A DNA stretch of 64,000 bases, taken from NCBI RefSeq assembly GCF_964194155.1, contig NC_135901.1:27962001-28026000 (forward strand), given 5' to 3'. Position numbers and translations under genes: made by a program. This stretch comes from Cetorhinus maximus (lineage: Eukaryota). Below the pieces are notes generated by a model, which searched no databases, was not told where the DNA came from, and saw nothing but the letters and a program-made list of their open reading frames with translations. Positions within the stretch are counted from its first letter, which is position 1. Every line of letters starts with the position of its first letter. Shown piece after piece: positions 23,538 through 35,164 of this stretch.

Positions 23538-24548
23538 ATGGAGAAACTGTGGAAATGTGGGGACTGTGGGAAGGGATTCCTGACCCCATCTGCATTGGAA
23601 ACTCATTGATGCAGTCACACTGGGGAGAGGCCATTCACCTGCTCTGAGTGTGGGAAGGGATTCATTCAGTCAACCTACCTGCGGACACACCAGCGAGTTC
23701 ACACCAGGGAGAAGCCGTTCACCTGCTCTGAGTATAGGAAGGGATTCACTCAGTCATCCGACCTGCTGGTACACCAGCGATTTCACAGTGGGGAAAGACC
23801 ATTCACCCGTTCTGAGTGTGAGAAGGAATTCACTGCTTCATCCCACCTGAAGACACACCAGCGAGTTCACACCAGAGAGAGACCATACAGCTGCTCAGTG
23901 TGTGGTAAGGGATTCAGTCATACTTCTGCCCTGCTGAGGCACTGGCGAGTTCACACCAGGGAGAAGCCGTTCACCTGCTCCGAGTGTGGGAAGGGTCTTA
24001 GTGATTCATCCGCCCTGCTGAGGCACCAGCAAGCTCACAGTGGGGAGAGGCCATTCACCTGCTCTGAGTGTGGGAAGGGATTCACCGACTTATCCATGCT
24101 GCAGATCCACCTGCGAGTTCACACGGGAGAGAAGCCATTCACCTGCTCCGAGCGTGGGAAGGGATTCATTCAGTCAACCTCCCTGCGGACACACCAGCGA
24201 GTTCACACCAGGGAGAAGTCGTTCACCTGCTCTGAGTGTGGGAAGGGATTCACTCAGTTATCCCACCTGCAGAGGCACCAGCGAGTTCACAGTGGGGAGA
24301 GACCTTTCACTTGCTCTGTGTGTGGGAAGGGATTTACTCAGTTATCCAGCCTGCTGACACACCATGTCACTCACACAAATGAGAGACCTTTTAAATGCTC
24401 TGACTGTGGGAGTTGTTTCAAAAGCTCTCAGGTACTGATGGCCCACCAGCGCATTCACACTGGGGAGAGGCCCTTCACGTGCTCCATGTGTGGGATGGGA
24501 TTCACTACGTCATCCCACCTGCTGAGACACCAGCGAGTTCACAATTGA
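23538..24548 (+). pseudogene. C2H2 ZNF gene E, 12 finger units, premature stop in finger 1
   Basis: ACCATGG MEKLWKCGDC; in-frame TGA at 23607-23609; several lost Cys (SEY, RSEC, SER); acceptor 23239-23240. Confidence 0.8.
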
Positions 24549-25664
24549 TTACAGGAGTTTGATTCTGCTGTTATTGCTGCTGTTAATCACATCCAGGACT
24601 GAACCATGTTCATTCTGACAGTTGGTGAAGTGGGAGGGTCGGAGGGTTTCTTTCTGCTGGGCTGGCCGGTCTCACAACTTTGATTCCAATGGGCTGATGC
24701 TCTTTGAGCCTGGGTGTACACATTTCCACTGAAATGGTCCACAAAAGCTGATGAAGGACCTTTATTTCATCCTGGACAGTAAATGGTGTCTTCCCTAACA
24801 ATGCAGGTAGATCTAAAATAAATACATTTGTCTCTGTTCCATTGAGTCCACAGCACAGGGCCAGGCCAGTCGCCTCAATCAGTCTCTGTCAGTATTTATG
24901 CTCCACATGAGCCTCCAACCACCCCTCTTCATCTCCCCCAACCAGCATATCCTTCTCTTCATTTCTAGCTTCCCCTTAAATGTATTCATGATATTCACCT
25001 CAACCGCTCGCTGTGGTAGCGAGTTCCACATTCTCACCACTCACTGGGTAAAGAGGTTTCTCATGAAATCCCTATTGGATTATTGGTCCCCTTCATCATC
25101 TTAAAGACTTCCACCAGGTCACCCTTCAGTCTTCTCTTTTCTTGAGAAAAGCAGCCCCAGCCTTTCCTGAGGGTCAAATGCTCTCACTCCTGGTATTATT
25201 CTTGTGAATCTTTGTTGCCCCTTCTCCAGTGCCTCCATTTCATCTGTCTAAATGGAGATCACAGATGTTGACAGTACTCCCACTGTAGTCTAACCATGGT
25301 TCGAAACAAGTTGAACATAACCTCCCTGCTTTTCAATTCTGTCCCTCTAGAATGGAACCCGATATCTAGGCCTCACACTTTTGGAAAGATGTGAAGTTCG
25401 AGGGGGTGCAGAGGAGATTTATGAGAGTGATACCACGGATGAAAGGACCTGGAGGCAGATTCATTCATGTTTTTCCACAGAGAACTGGATAATTATCTGA
25501 AGAGAAGAAATTGGCAGGGTGATAGGGAAAGGCAGGGGAGTGGCTTTGGTTGAGTTGTTGTTGCAGAGAGCTGGCACAGACACAATGGGCTGAATGGCCT
25601 CCTTCAGTGTTGGAACCATTCCATGATTCTAGAACACCAGCTCGCTGATTCTATTCCATACGGC

Positions 25665-26115
25665 ATGACGGTGGCTAGCACTCTCGCCTCTGAGTCAGGA
25701 GGTGTGGAGTTCGAATCCCCACTCCAGAGACTCGAGCCCCCATAATCCAGCGCCCACACTGCCGGTGCCAGTACTGAGGGAGAACCGTCCTGTCGGAGGG
25801 ACCATCTTTCGAGTGAGACATTAACCCGAGGGTCCCGCCTGCCCTCTCAGGTAGATGTACAAGACTGAATGGTCATAATTGGAAGGAGAGCAGGAGTGGG
25901 AGTGTCCTGGGGACTGATATTTATCCCTTAAACAATATCAGTAAAAATTGATGATCTGGTCATCATCACATTGCTGTCTGTGGGATCTTGCTCTGCACAA
26001 ATTGGGTTCCACGTTTCCTGCAGTGACAACACTTCAGAAAGAGCTTCTGTGGCAGTGAAACACACATTGAGATGCCCTGAGGTGGTGAAAGGCGCTATAT
26101 AAATGCAGGTTTCAT
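25665..26115 (+). mobile_element. tRNA-derived SINE (DeuSINE/SacSINE1-like)
   Basis: B-box GAGTTCGAATCCC, central block and GGCGCTATATAAATGCA tail as at 18112. Confidence 0.75.
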
Positions 26116-27679
26116 TTTAAACTCACACATTCCTACCCTTACAGGCAGATCGTCCAGCAGGAGCATGAGCCAGCATGAGCCAGCTGACTCGGGGGCAGGA
26201 ACTCCCAGTGTGGACCGAGGCTGCTTCCCTTCAGAGGCCACTGAATCCATTGTGGGAAGTGGCCATTTAAAGAGGGTGCATTGACTTGCTGGTCTGAGAA
26301 TCCAGCCCTTTTCCCCCTGTGTAATGCTGGCTGAGAATAGACATTGGGGCTGCTGAAGGTACTGAAAGTACCTCTGCCGCTGAAGATGGGCGGAGGTAAT
26401 GTTTACATCCCTGTTATTCTGTTTGTAAACAATTTATCTCCCAAACTAATGAACGGAGTTTAACAAAACTCAGCACACGAACAGGATATGGCTCGTGGAA
26501 GAACTGATTTGTTTTTGGCGATGATCTGAATCCTGGAATTTTTGAAGGGATTCGTTTGCATTGGGAGATTGTGAGAATTGACTATTTTCTTTTAGATTCT
26601 CGGAGTTTGCTTTACTTTGAATGTTGATTGTTTTTGAATGTTGTGGATTGTCTCCGCTGCTGGGGTGGAATGTGTCACAGTTGTCAAAATGTGAGCAGAG
26701 TTTTCAGATCAGGTTATTGGATCTGGAGATTGGTTCTGTTAATAAATGTGTTTATTTTTTCTGCTTTGCAGATACAGAGCATACTTTCAGCCCTGTTTGT
26801 CTGTCTGTAATACGTCTCAAAAATTAATGGATGGATTTGGATATGATAAGGCCCAAGAAAGAAACTATGACATTTGTTGAAAATGCTGACCAGATCCAGA
26901 TCCTGGAAGCTTTTGTATTCATACGCAGAGCCCAGTCCTCTGCAGGCAAAAGGAATTTGTCCAGGCATTTCACCTTTTCAATTAAACAAAAGCTTGGGGG
27001 ACAATTGTTCCCTCGTGCATTCTCCATGGTAACTCCTCAACCAATCTGAGTCCATGTGCCAACCAATCAACACCCTGTTTCTCAGTCAGTGTAAGTTGCT
27101 GTTCCCTCTGACATTTGTATTCTTGGCTCTGGCCGGATGACTGCAAGACAGAAAACTTCAACAACATGTCTCTTTTTTGTGTGTTTTAAAAGTCTTTGTT
27201 AGCATTGAGAGATTGTGTGAAATAATGCTTTGTTTCCTCACTGACAATTTATTGTAATCAATGATAACAAACTGTCATCAAAAAACTCACATATATTTGC
27301 ACTAGCAAATTTTTAATTTTAGTGGTAAATGTTCTTGATCTGGATCATTTTTCAGATCCAAAGATCAATTCTATACATGTAGTTAAAAATTCTGTTTAAA
27401 AACTCACACAAACGATCGTTTCTGCTCCCTGCACAATGATAAAGCAATGTGCAGCCATCAGCTAATCCCACACTCCCAATGAAGTCTATAGTCTGGTGTC
27501 AGCTGATTGTGGAATCACAAACATGCTGATGTCATCTTATGACATCAATACAATAGAATGTGATGACATCAGCGGATTGCGCAATCCCAATGGAATGCGA
27601 TGATATCAGCTTGATCTTAGACATAAGCTGTGTGATGGGAAATGTACAGAGCTGGACCAGTTTTCTTCAATAGAGAAAC

Positions 27680-28250
27680 TCTGCTGCCCGTCTCCCAACT
27701 CACACTCAGTCCCGTTCACCTATCACCCTCTGTACTCACTGACTGACATTGGCTCCCACTCAAGCAATGCCTCAATTTTAAAATTCTCACCGGGCCCGGT
27801 TTACCTCGTAAAGGTGAATGGGATTTTTATTGAGCTAAATTCGGGCCCATTCTTTTCAAATCCCTCCACGGCCTCCTTTTATTCAAATCACCATGTGGTC
27901 ACACACTCGCAATCTCCCCCTCTCTTTCATCTTCTCCATCCTTACAACCCTCCGGGATATCCATGCTCCACTAATTCTGGCCTCTTCAGTATCCCCAGTT
28001 TCAATTGCACAACCACTGGGGGCCGTGTCTTCAGCTGCCTGGGCCCCACGTTCTGGAATTCCCTCCCTAAACCTCTCTGCCCCTCGATCTTTTTCGCTCT
28101 TTTAGGACACTCCTTAAAACCTACCTCTCTGACCAAGCTACTATTGATCTGAGCTAAGTGGCTCGGTGTCAGATTTGATTTGATAATCGCTCCTGTGAAG
28201 CTCCCTGGGATGTTTAAAGGAGCTATATAAATGCAGGTTGTTTTTGTTGT
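27680..28250 (+). mobile_element. L2 LINE 3' end with a small palindromic insert (27791-27848)
   Basis: GGRVFSCLGPTFWNSLPKPL...LKTYL motif and GCTATATAAATGCA tail; insert bounded by GGGCCCG/CGGGCCC. Confidence 0.7.
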
Positions 28251-28994
28251 GGTGTTTGAATTATTTTCAGGGGACGCCGCTATTGTTAAGCAGTCAAACG
28301 CTTTCTTGCTGCGTCCAAAGAGAGCTACAGGAAGGCTGTTGACTATAATCGGCCATGCAAGGCTTTGTTCCATGTTTAAATATACAGAGGAGTGGAGACA
28401 TTGTTATATCGGTCACTCAGAGCTGAACAGAAACCTGTCTCTTTAAATACATATACAGGGAAGAGGCTGAAATGAAATCTGTCCCCTTTAATCTGCACAA
28501 AAGCAAGAGCCTCAGATTCACAGGCTGGAGAAGTCCATTCGGCCCATCGTGCCCCTGCCATCTCTTTGAAAGGACTCTGATTCATCCAACTGCTCTGCTC
28601 TTTCCCCACAGCCCTGCAAATTCTTCCCCTTCAAGTATTTACCCTTTGGAAAGATACCATTGAATCTGCTTTCAGACAGATCAGAACAACTCGCTGTGTC
28701 AAAAAATAAAATCACATCTCGCCCTCTGGCTCCTTTGCCAATTACCTTAGAGGGACTCACTTTCTGTTAAAGAGCCTGCCAACCCCTCTCACCCACTTTC
28801 CCTCAAATCGAGTCAAGATAAAAAATCAGAAAAATCAAATATTTTTACTGATAAAGGTTGGTAATGAAACAGAACATTGTTAAAAGAAAACAGAAAATTA
28901 CTTGAGGATCAAAGACAAACAAAGTAAAAGGATGTGCACAATGTTCTTGACCCAAATGGTTTCTCTTTAATTCGTCTGTCCCCTGTTTGCTGCC

Positions 28995-29620
28995 CTCTTT
29001 GTGGAACACCTCCGCTCAGTCCATAAGCATGACCCTGACCTTCCAGTTGCTGCCATTATAATTCACCACCTTGCTCTCATGCTCACATTTCTGTCCTCGG
29101 CCTGCTGCAATGTTCCCGAGAAGCACAACACAAGCTGGACGTACAGCACCTCATCCTCTGATGAGGCACTTTACAGCCTTCTGGACTCAACATTGAGTTC
29201 AACAACTTCAGACTGTCAACTCTGTCCTGTGTTTTGATTTTTTTTTTGCCAAGTGCCAGTCTGCATCTTGTTTTCATGTTTTTGGTTTCAGACAGAGCTG
29301 TCTTTTATTCTGCCATTAACACTTACTCTGGACCAATGCTTTGTTTCTTTACTACATCCATTACCTCTCCCTTTGTCTTTTGTTCCATGATATTTTTGTT
29401 ATTTAATCTTGCCTGCCTTCTAACCAATCCCTGACTTTCCCTTTTGTTCTACCGGACCCTCCCTCCTTTCTCAACAGCATCAAACCCATCACATTTCTCC
29501 CTCTTTGAAATTCTGGACAAGAGTCATATTGGACTCGAAATGTTAACTCTGTTTCTCTCACCAAAGATGCTGCCAGACCTGCTGTTTTTCCAACGCTTTC
29601 TGTATTTATTTTAGATCTAC
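28995..29620 (+). mobile_element. Old Penelope 3' remnant downstream of gene F
   Basis: Frameshifted GIY-YIG C-terminus and tail with eroded hammerhead (GAGTC-ATATTG-GACTC-GAAA near 29521). Confidence 0.7.
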
Positions 29621-29879
29621 CTGTAGTGGTAGGAACAATCACTATTTACTATCCAGGATAAAATAAATGTACTTCATCAGCTTTTGTGGATCATTTCAGT
29701 GGAAATGTGCACTCCCAGGCTCAAAGAGCATCAGCCCACTGGAAGCAAAGTCGTGAGACCAGCCAGTCCAGCCAAAAGAAACCCTCTGACCCTCCCACTT
29801 CACCAAGTGTCAGAATGAACATGGTTCAGTCCTGGATGTGATTAACAGCAGCAATAACAGCAGAATCCAACCCCTGTAA

Positions 29880-30470
29880 TCATTTGTGAACTCGCTGGTG
29901 TGTCAGTAGGTTCGATAACTGAGTGAATCCCTTCCCACACTCAGAGCAGGTGAACGGCCTCTCCCCGGTGTGAACTCGCTGGTGGTTCCGCAGGGTGGAT
30001 ACATCACTGAATCCTTTCCCACACTGCGAGCAGATGTATGGCCTCTCCCCAGTGTGAACTCGCTTATGTGTCACCAGGTTGGAAGAATTATTAAATCTCT
30101 TTCCACACCAAGAGCAGGTGAATGGCCTCTCCCCAGTGTGAACTCGCTGGTGTTCCTGCAGGTTGTTTAACTGAGTGAATCTTTTTCCACACAGAGAGCA
30201 GGTGAAAGGCCTCTCCCCAGTGTGAACCTGCCGGTGCCTCCGCAGATTGGAATGATTACTGAATCCTTTCCCGCACTCAGAGCAGGTGAACGGCCTCTCT
30301 CCAGTGTGAACTCGCTGGTGTTTCAGCAGGTTGAATGACTGAGTGAACCTCTGCCCACATTCAAAGCATGTGAATGGCCTCTCCCCAGTGTGAATGCGTT
30401 GATGAATTTTCAGCGTAGATGGGAACTGGAATTCCTTCCCGCAGTCCCCACATTTCCACGGTTTCTCCAT
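29880..30470 (-). CDS. C2H2 ZNF gene F, 196 aa, 7 intact fingers
   Basis: AACATGG MEKPWKCGDC; all C2H2 ligands and TGERP linkers intact; acceptor 30835-30836, exon-1 donor 31791, CCAAT 31864-31868. Best candidate for a functional gene. Confidence 0.9.
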   Translation of the reverse strand: MEKPWKCGDCGKEFQFPSTLKIHQRIHTGERPFTCFECGQRFTQSFNLLKHQRVHTGERPFTCSECGKGFSNHSNLRRHRQVHTGERPFTCSLCGKRFTQLNNLQEHQRVHTGERPFTCSWCGKRFNNSSNLVTHKRVHTGERPYICSQCGKGFSDVSTLRNHQRVHTGERPFTCSECGKGFTQLSNLLTHQRVHK

Positions 30471-31469
30471 GTTCCAGGTGTCCTTTTGTAATTTCCCCAA
30501 GTTTAACGGTCTGTTGACACCTCGTCCACACAGAGAACACGTGTGCAGTCTCTCCCGCTGTGAATGGTGCAATGTTTTTTCAGGCTGTTGTAACTGACTA
30601 AAGCTCTTCCCACAGTCAGTGCATAGGAATCCTCTCACTTGGGTGTTTCCGCCTCACTTCTTTTCCAGGCAACCCTGATACTTAAAAACTTCAGAAGGAG
30701 AGAGAACAGAGAAACATTTGTCCTGCCGGATGCAAAGGCCGATATTCAGGTCCTGATGAATTGAGTGACTTGTCACATCTCAACATGACGTTTGGTTTGA
30801 GATTTCTGTCTGTAAATCGTCCTCTTCTAATGTCCTGTAAAAGGAATTTTCAAAAGTCATCACTGTTAGTACAGGATAGAAATTAAAAACAGACAATTTT
30901 AGTTTCTATGGAACATTCTTACCTCTCTCATTCCCCAAAAGATGTAAATGTCCATCCCACACACTCTCCCTCCATTCTCACTCTGCTTTACCTAATATAC
31001 TCTCTAAATTCCCCTGAAGCTGCCGATTCATGCTGATTGACAGATTCATGCTGACTGATTCTATACAGAATATATTTATCACACTAAAAACTGAATGCAA
31101 TATCTGTTACATACAGCATTATATTACTTGATACATGGGGGATGAGAGGAAGGACTTTATTTAGGTAGTGTGTGTGGTCTTGACATGGAACTTACATTCT
31201 GTGAGGATGGTGGGAGCAGAGATGATCAAAGATTTGAAAATGAACTTGCAGGGGAACAAGGATATAGAGGGGGAATGGGACGGACTGGATTGCTCTACAG
31301 AGAGTCAGCATGGACTCAAGTTGTCGAATGGGCTCCTTCTGTGCTGTATTGACTCTCTGACTGTAAAGATATAATATAGCTACAGTCCTGCACTACAAGA
31401 CTAGAAATAATAAAAAAGGATCTTTATTTAAGAACCATACCTAATATATCTAATGTCAGCCATATAACA

Positions 31470-32285
31470 ACACTAGGCATATATCTGTCCTATGTTAATT
31501 TATTGTCCTTTAAATGTCAGCCATCTCCTGGGGAAACCACCCCTTTAATTGTGAACATTAGGAAAGAGACCATCCTTTTAGCCAGACAAATAAATGTGTC
31601 AAGCTGAGGGAGCAAAGGATGTCAATGTCTTTAAGGGAGAGAGAGGGAGAGAGAGACCTGGGCCAACCTTTCCAGAGTCTGCACCTTCCCTGGATTCACT
31701 TCCTTTCCCTTCAGTTCCTGCAAGTCAACAATTTCCTCCCCAGAATGAGAAAAGAAATGGAAAGGGGGAGAAAAGAAAGTGTTTTACTCACAAATGTTGG
31801 ACACAGGAGGACGTTTTAGTTTGTGTGAAGCTCAATCTTCATTCACACAAAGTCCGCGCTCTGATTGGCTGGAGGACCAGAGTCCTTCCGGTCCTCCAAA
31901 TCTCCTCATTTGTCATCCCCTGTATGAAAGCAATGAGGAAGCGGAGCCCGAGCCCACGTGGGGTTGGGAGAGACTTTGACCGGCAGCCGCGCTGAGCTGT
32001 TGTCCAATCCGCAGTATTTTCCTTCTGGAACCAGTGTTATTGCTCCCAATGGGACAGTGTGTTGGGAACGCCCCTCTCAGTCGTTGTGACGTAGAAAACG
32101 GGACGCTGCATGAATCAGCCAATAGAAATCACTCTGCTCTGCGGTGACGTCATCGGGTTCCAGTCTGCAGGCCAGGCGCGCGGACAGGGGAGCCCCGCCC
32201 CCACTCATAGTTCCCCCTCCCCAACCACCATCTTGAGCCAAGGTTTCCAGGCAACCGGCTGACGGCTACGGCCAGAGCGAGAAGC
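31470..32285. promoter_or_regulatory. 5' module of gene F and CpG-rich bidirectional promoter core
   Basis: CCAAT boxes on both strands, full CRE TGACGTCA at 32145-32152, GC box CCCCGCCCC near 32192. Confidence 0.7.
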
Positions 32286-33107
32286 CAAAACAAAAACAGA
32301 ATTACCTGGAAAAACTCAGCAGGTCTGGCAGCATCGGCGGAGATGAACAAAGTTGACGTTTCGAGTCTCATTACCCTTCAACAGAACTGAGTAAAAATAA
32401 GAGAGGGGTGAAATATAAGCTGGTTTAAGGGGTGGGGGGTGTGGTTGTGGGGACAAGCAAGCAGTGATAGGAGCAGATAACCAAAAGATGTCACAGACAA
32501 AAGAACAAAGAGGTCTTGAAGGTGCTGATATTATCTAAAAGAATGTGCTAATTAAGAATGGATAGCAGGACACGCAAGGCACAGATAGCTCTAGTGGGGG
32601 TGGGGTGAGATAAGACTAAAAGGGCATTAAAGGTATAGATTTAAAAATAATGGAAATAGGTGGGAAAAGAAAAATCTATGTAAATTATTAGAAAAAACAA
32701 AAGGGAAGGGGAAGAAACGGAAAGGGGGTGGGGATGGAGGAGGGAGTTCAAGATCTAAAGTTGTTGAACTCAATATTCAGTCCGGAAGGCTGTAAAGTGC
32801 CTAGTCGGAAGATGAGGTGCTGTTCCTCTGGTTTGCGTTGAGCTTCACTGGAACAATGCAGCAAGCCAAGGACAGACATGTGGGCAAGAGAGCAGGGTGG
32901 AGTGTTAAAATGGCAAGCGACAGGGAGGTCTGGGTCATTCTTGCAGACAGACCGAAGGTGTTCTGCAAAGCGGTCGCCCAGTCTGCGTTTGGTCTCTCCA
33001 ATGTAGAGGAGACTGCATTGGGAGCAACGAATACAGTAGACTAAGTTGGGGGAAATGCAAGTGAAATGCTGCTTCACTTGAAAGGAGTGTTTGGGCCCTT
33101 GGACGGT
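32286..33107 (-). mobile_element. 5'-truncated Penelope-like element with open GIY-YIG C-terminal frame and 11-bp TSD
   Basis: NLVYCIRCSQCSLLYIGETKRRLGDRFAEHLRSV...GLNIEFNNFRS; GAGCGAGAAGC at 32275-32285 and 33108-33118; hammerhead-like motif 32351-32388. Confidence 0.9.
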
Positions 33108-33194
33108 GAGCGAGAAGCTGCTTGGAGAACTTGAGAGAGGGGAAGTTGCGCATGTCCAGTGGAGAGCCCGCCCCTTTCGTTCATGGTGAGGGAT

Positions 33195-33630
33195 TGACCA
33201 ATGGGAAGAGTTGGAGGACTGAAAGGACCCTGGTCCTCCAGCCAATCAGAGCGCGGGCTTTGTGTGAATGAAGATTGAGCCTCACACAAACTAAAACTTC
33301 CTCCTGTGTCCAACATCTGTGAGTAAAACACTTTCTTTTCTCCCCCTTTCCATTTCTTTTCTCATTCTGGGGGGAAATTGTTGACTTGCAGGAACTGAAG
33401 GGAAAGGAAGTGAATCCAGGGAGGGTGCAGACTCTGGAAAGGTTGGCCCAGGTCTCTCTCTCTCTCTCTTAAAGACATTGACATCCTTTGTTCCCTCAGC
33501 TTGACACATTTATTTGTCTGGCTAAAAGGATGGTCTCTTTCCTAATGTTCACCATTAAAGGGGTGATTTCCCCAGGAGATGGCTGACATTTAAGGGGACA
33601 GTAAATTAATATAGGACAGAAATATATCTC
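33195..33630 (+). promoter_or_regulatory. Conserved 5' module of gene G
   Basis: CCAAT at 33198 and 33242, uORF ATGAAGATT...TAA, donor 33319. Confidence 0.75.
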
Positions 33631-34569
33631 ATGTTGTTATATAGAATGCATTAGATATATTATATATGGTTCTGTATTAAAGTGTTTATTATTATTTCTA
33701 GTCTTGTAATATGGTACTAACTACGTGATATATTGCCAGTCATAGAGTCATTATGACACAGAAGGATTCCATTCAGCAACTCAAGTAGATGCCGACTATC
33801 TGCAGAGCAGCAGTCATTGCCTCTCTCTTTCCTCTTTCCCCAGCAAGTTTATATCCTTCATTTTCATTTTGAAATCAATGACCCTCTCCACTTCCAACAT
33901 CTTCATGGGCAGCGAGATCCAGGTCATCACCACTGTCTGTCGAAATTCAGTTATCCCTCACAGCCCCATGTATCTCTAATTATGTAATATGGTTCTGTAT
34001 TTTACACACATTTTAGTGCAGTACTGTTGGGTGTATTTTAGATACTGCACAGTGAGACTGGAGAGGAGTGTATGTGAGGATGTACAGTTTTTGCGGAACA
34101 AGAATGAAACAAGTGCACCATAGAAACTAGAATTGTCTGCTCTGAATTTCTATCCTGTACTGACAGTGATGATTTTTGTAAACTCCCTTTACAGGACATT
34201 AGAAGGGGAAGATTTGCAGACATAAACCTGAAACCAAATGTCACATCAAGATCTGACAGAGTCACTCGATTCATGAGACCTGACTATCACTGGATTTTGA
34301 ATCTGGAAGGAGAAATGTTTCTCTGTTCTGTTTGCTTCAAGAGATTTTAAATATCAGTGTGACTGGAAAAGTACCGACTCACACACAAGTGAAACTGTTG
34401 CAATGCACTGACTGTGAAAAGAGCTTTAACCAGTCAAAGCTGAAAAAACAGCCTGAAAAAACACCACACCACTCACAATGAGGAGAGACTGTGCGCATGT
34501 TCTGTGGAGGGGGGGGGGCGAGGCTTCAACTAATCATTGAACCTGGAGAGACACAAGGCCACCTGCAGC

Positions 34570-34959
34570 ATGGAAAAACAGTGGAAATGTGGTGACTGTG
34601 GAAAGGGATTCAAATACCCTTCACAGCTGGAAATTCATTGGCACGGTCACACTGAGGAGAGGCCGTTCATTTGCTCTGTTTGTAGGAAGGGATTCAGTCG
34701 GTTATCATCCTTGGAGTCACACCAACGAGTTCACACCGGGGAGAAGCCGTTCACCTGCTCTGAATGTGGCAAGGGCTTCACTCAGTTATCCCACCTGCAG
34801 GGACACCAGCGAGTTCACACCGGGGAGAGACCATTCACCTGTTCCGAGTGTGGGAAGGGATTCACTCAGTCATCCCACCTGCAGCGACACCAAGTTCACA
34901 AGTGGTTCCAGGGGTTGGATTCTGCTGTTATTGCTACTGTTAATTACATCCAGAATTGA
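34570..34959 (+). CDS. C2H2 ZNF gene G, 129 aa, 4 finger units, family stop lost
   Basis: [10 protein letters not shown]; last finger lacks one codon; TGG at the family TGA position gives read-through into the 3' UTR; acceptor 34193-34194. Confidence 0.7.
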   Translation: MEKQWKCGDCGKGFKYPSQLEIHWHGHTEERPFICSVCRKGFSRLSSLESHQRVHTGEKPFTCSECGKGFTQLSHLQGHQRVHTGERPFTCSECGKGFTQSSHLQRHQVHKWFQGLDSAVIATVNYIQN

Positions 34960-35164
34960 ACCATGTTCATTCTGACAGTTGGTGAAGTGGGAGTGTCGGA
35001 GGGTTTCTTTCTGCTGGACTGGCCAGTCTCACGACTTTGCTTCCAGTGGCTGATGCTCTTTGAGCCTGGGAGTGCACATTACCACTGAAATGATCCACAA
35101 AAGCTGATGAAAATAGATTTGTTTTATTCTAGATAATAAGTAGTTTTTCCTTACCACTACAGGT

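Larger units (their letters stand above)
27700..31900 (-). repeat. Left arm of an inverted duplication (right arm 33195-37910)
   Basis: L2 end, unique spacer, Penelope remnant, 3' UTR, ZNF and 5' module are all mirrored in order. Confidence 0.85.

Noticed and set aside
29880-30638. Extended 252-aa start for gene F
   Set aside because: Begins at a GTG in the fossil-finger region with frameshift-derived residues; the family start is the ATG at 30470.
31594-31995. Recurrent MCQAEGAKDV... and MSMSLRERE... ORFs
   Set aside because: Antisense to the conserved 5' module; frames shift with (GA)n length among copies.
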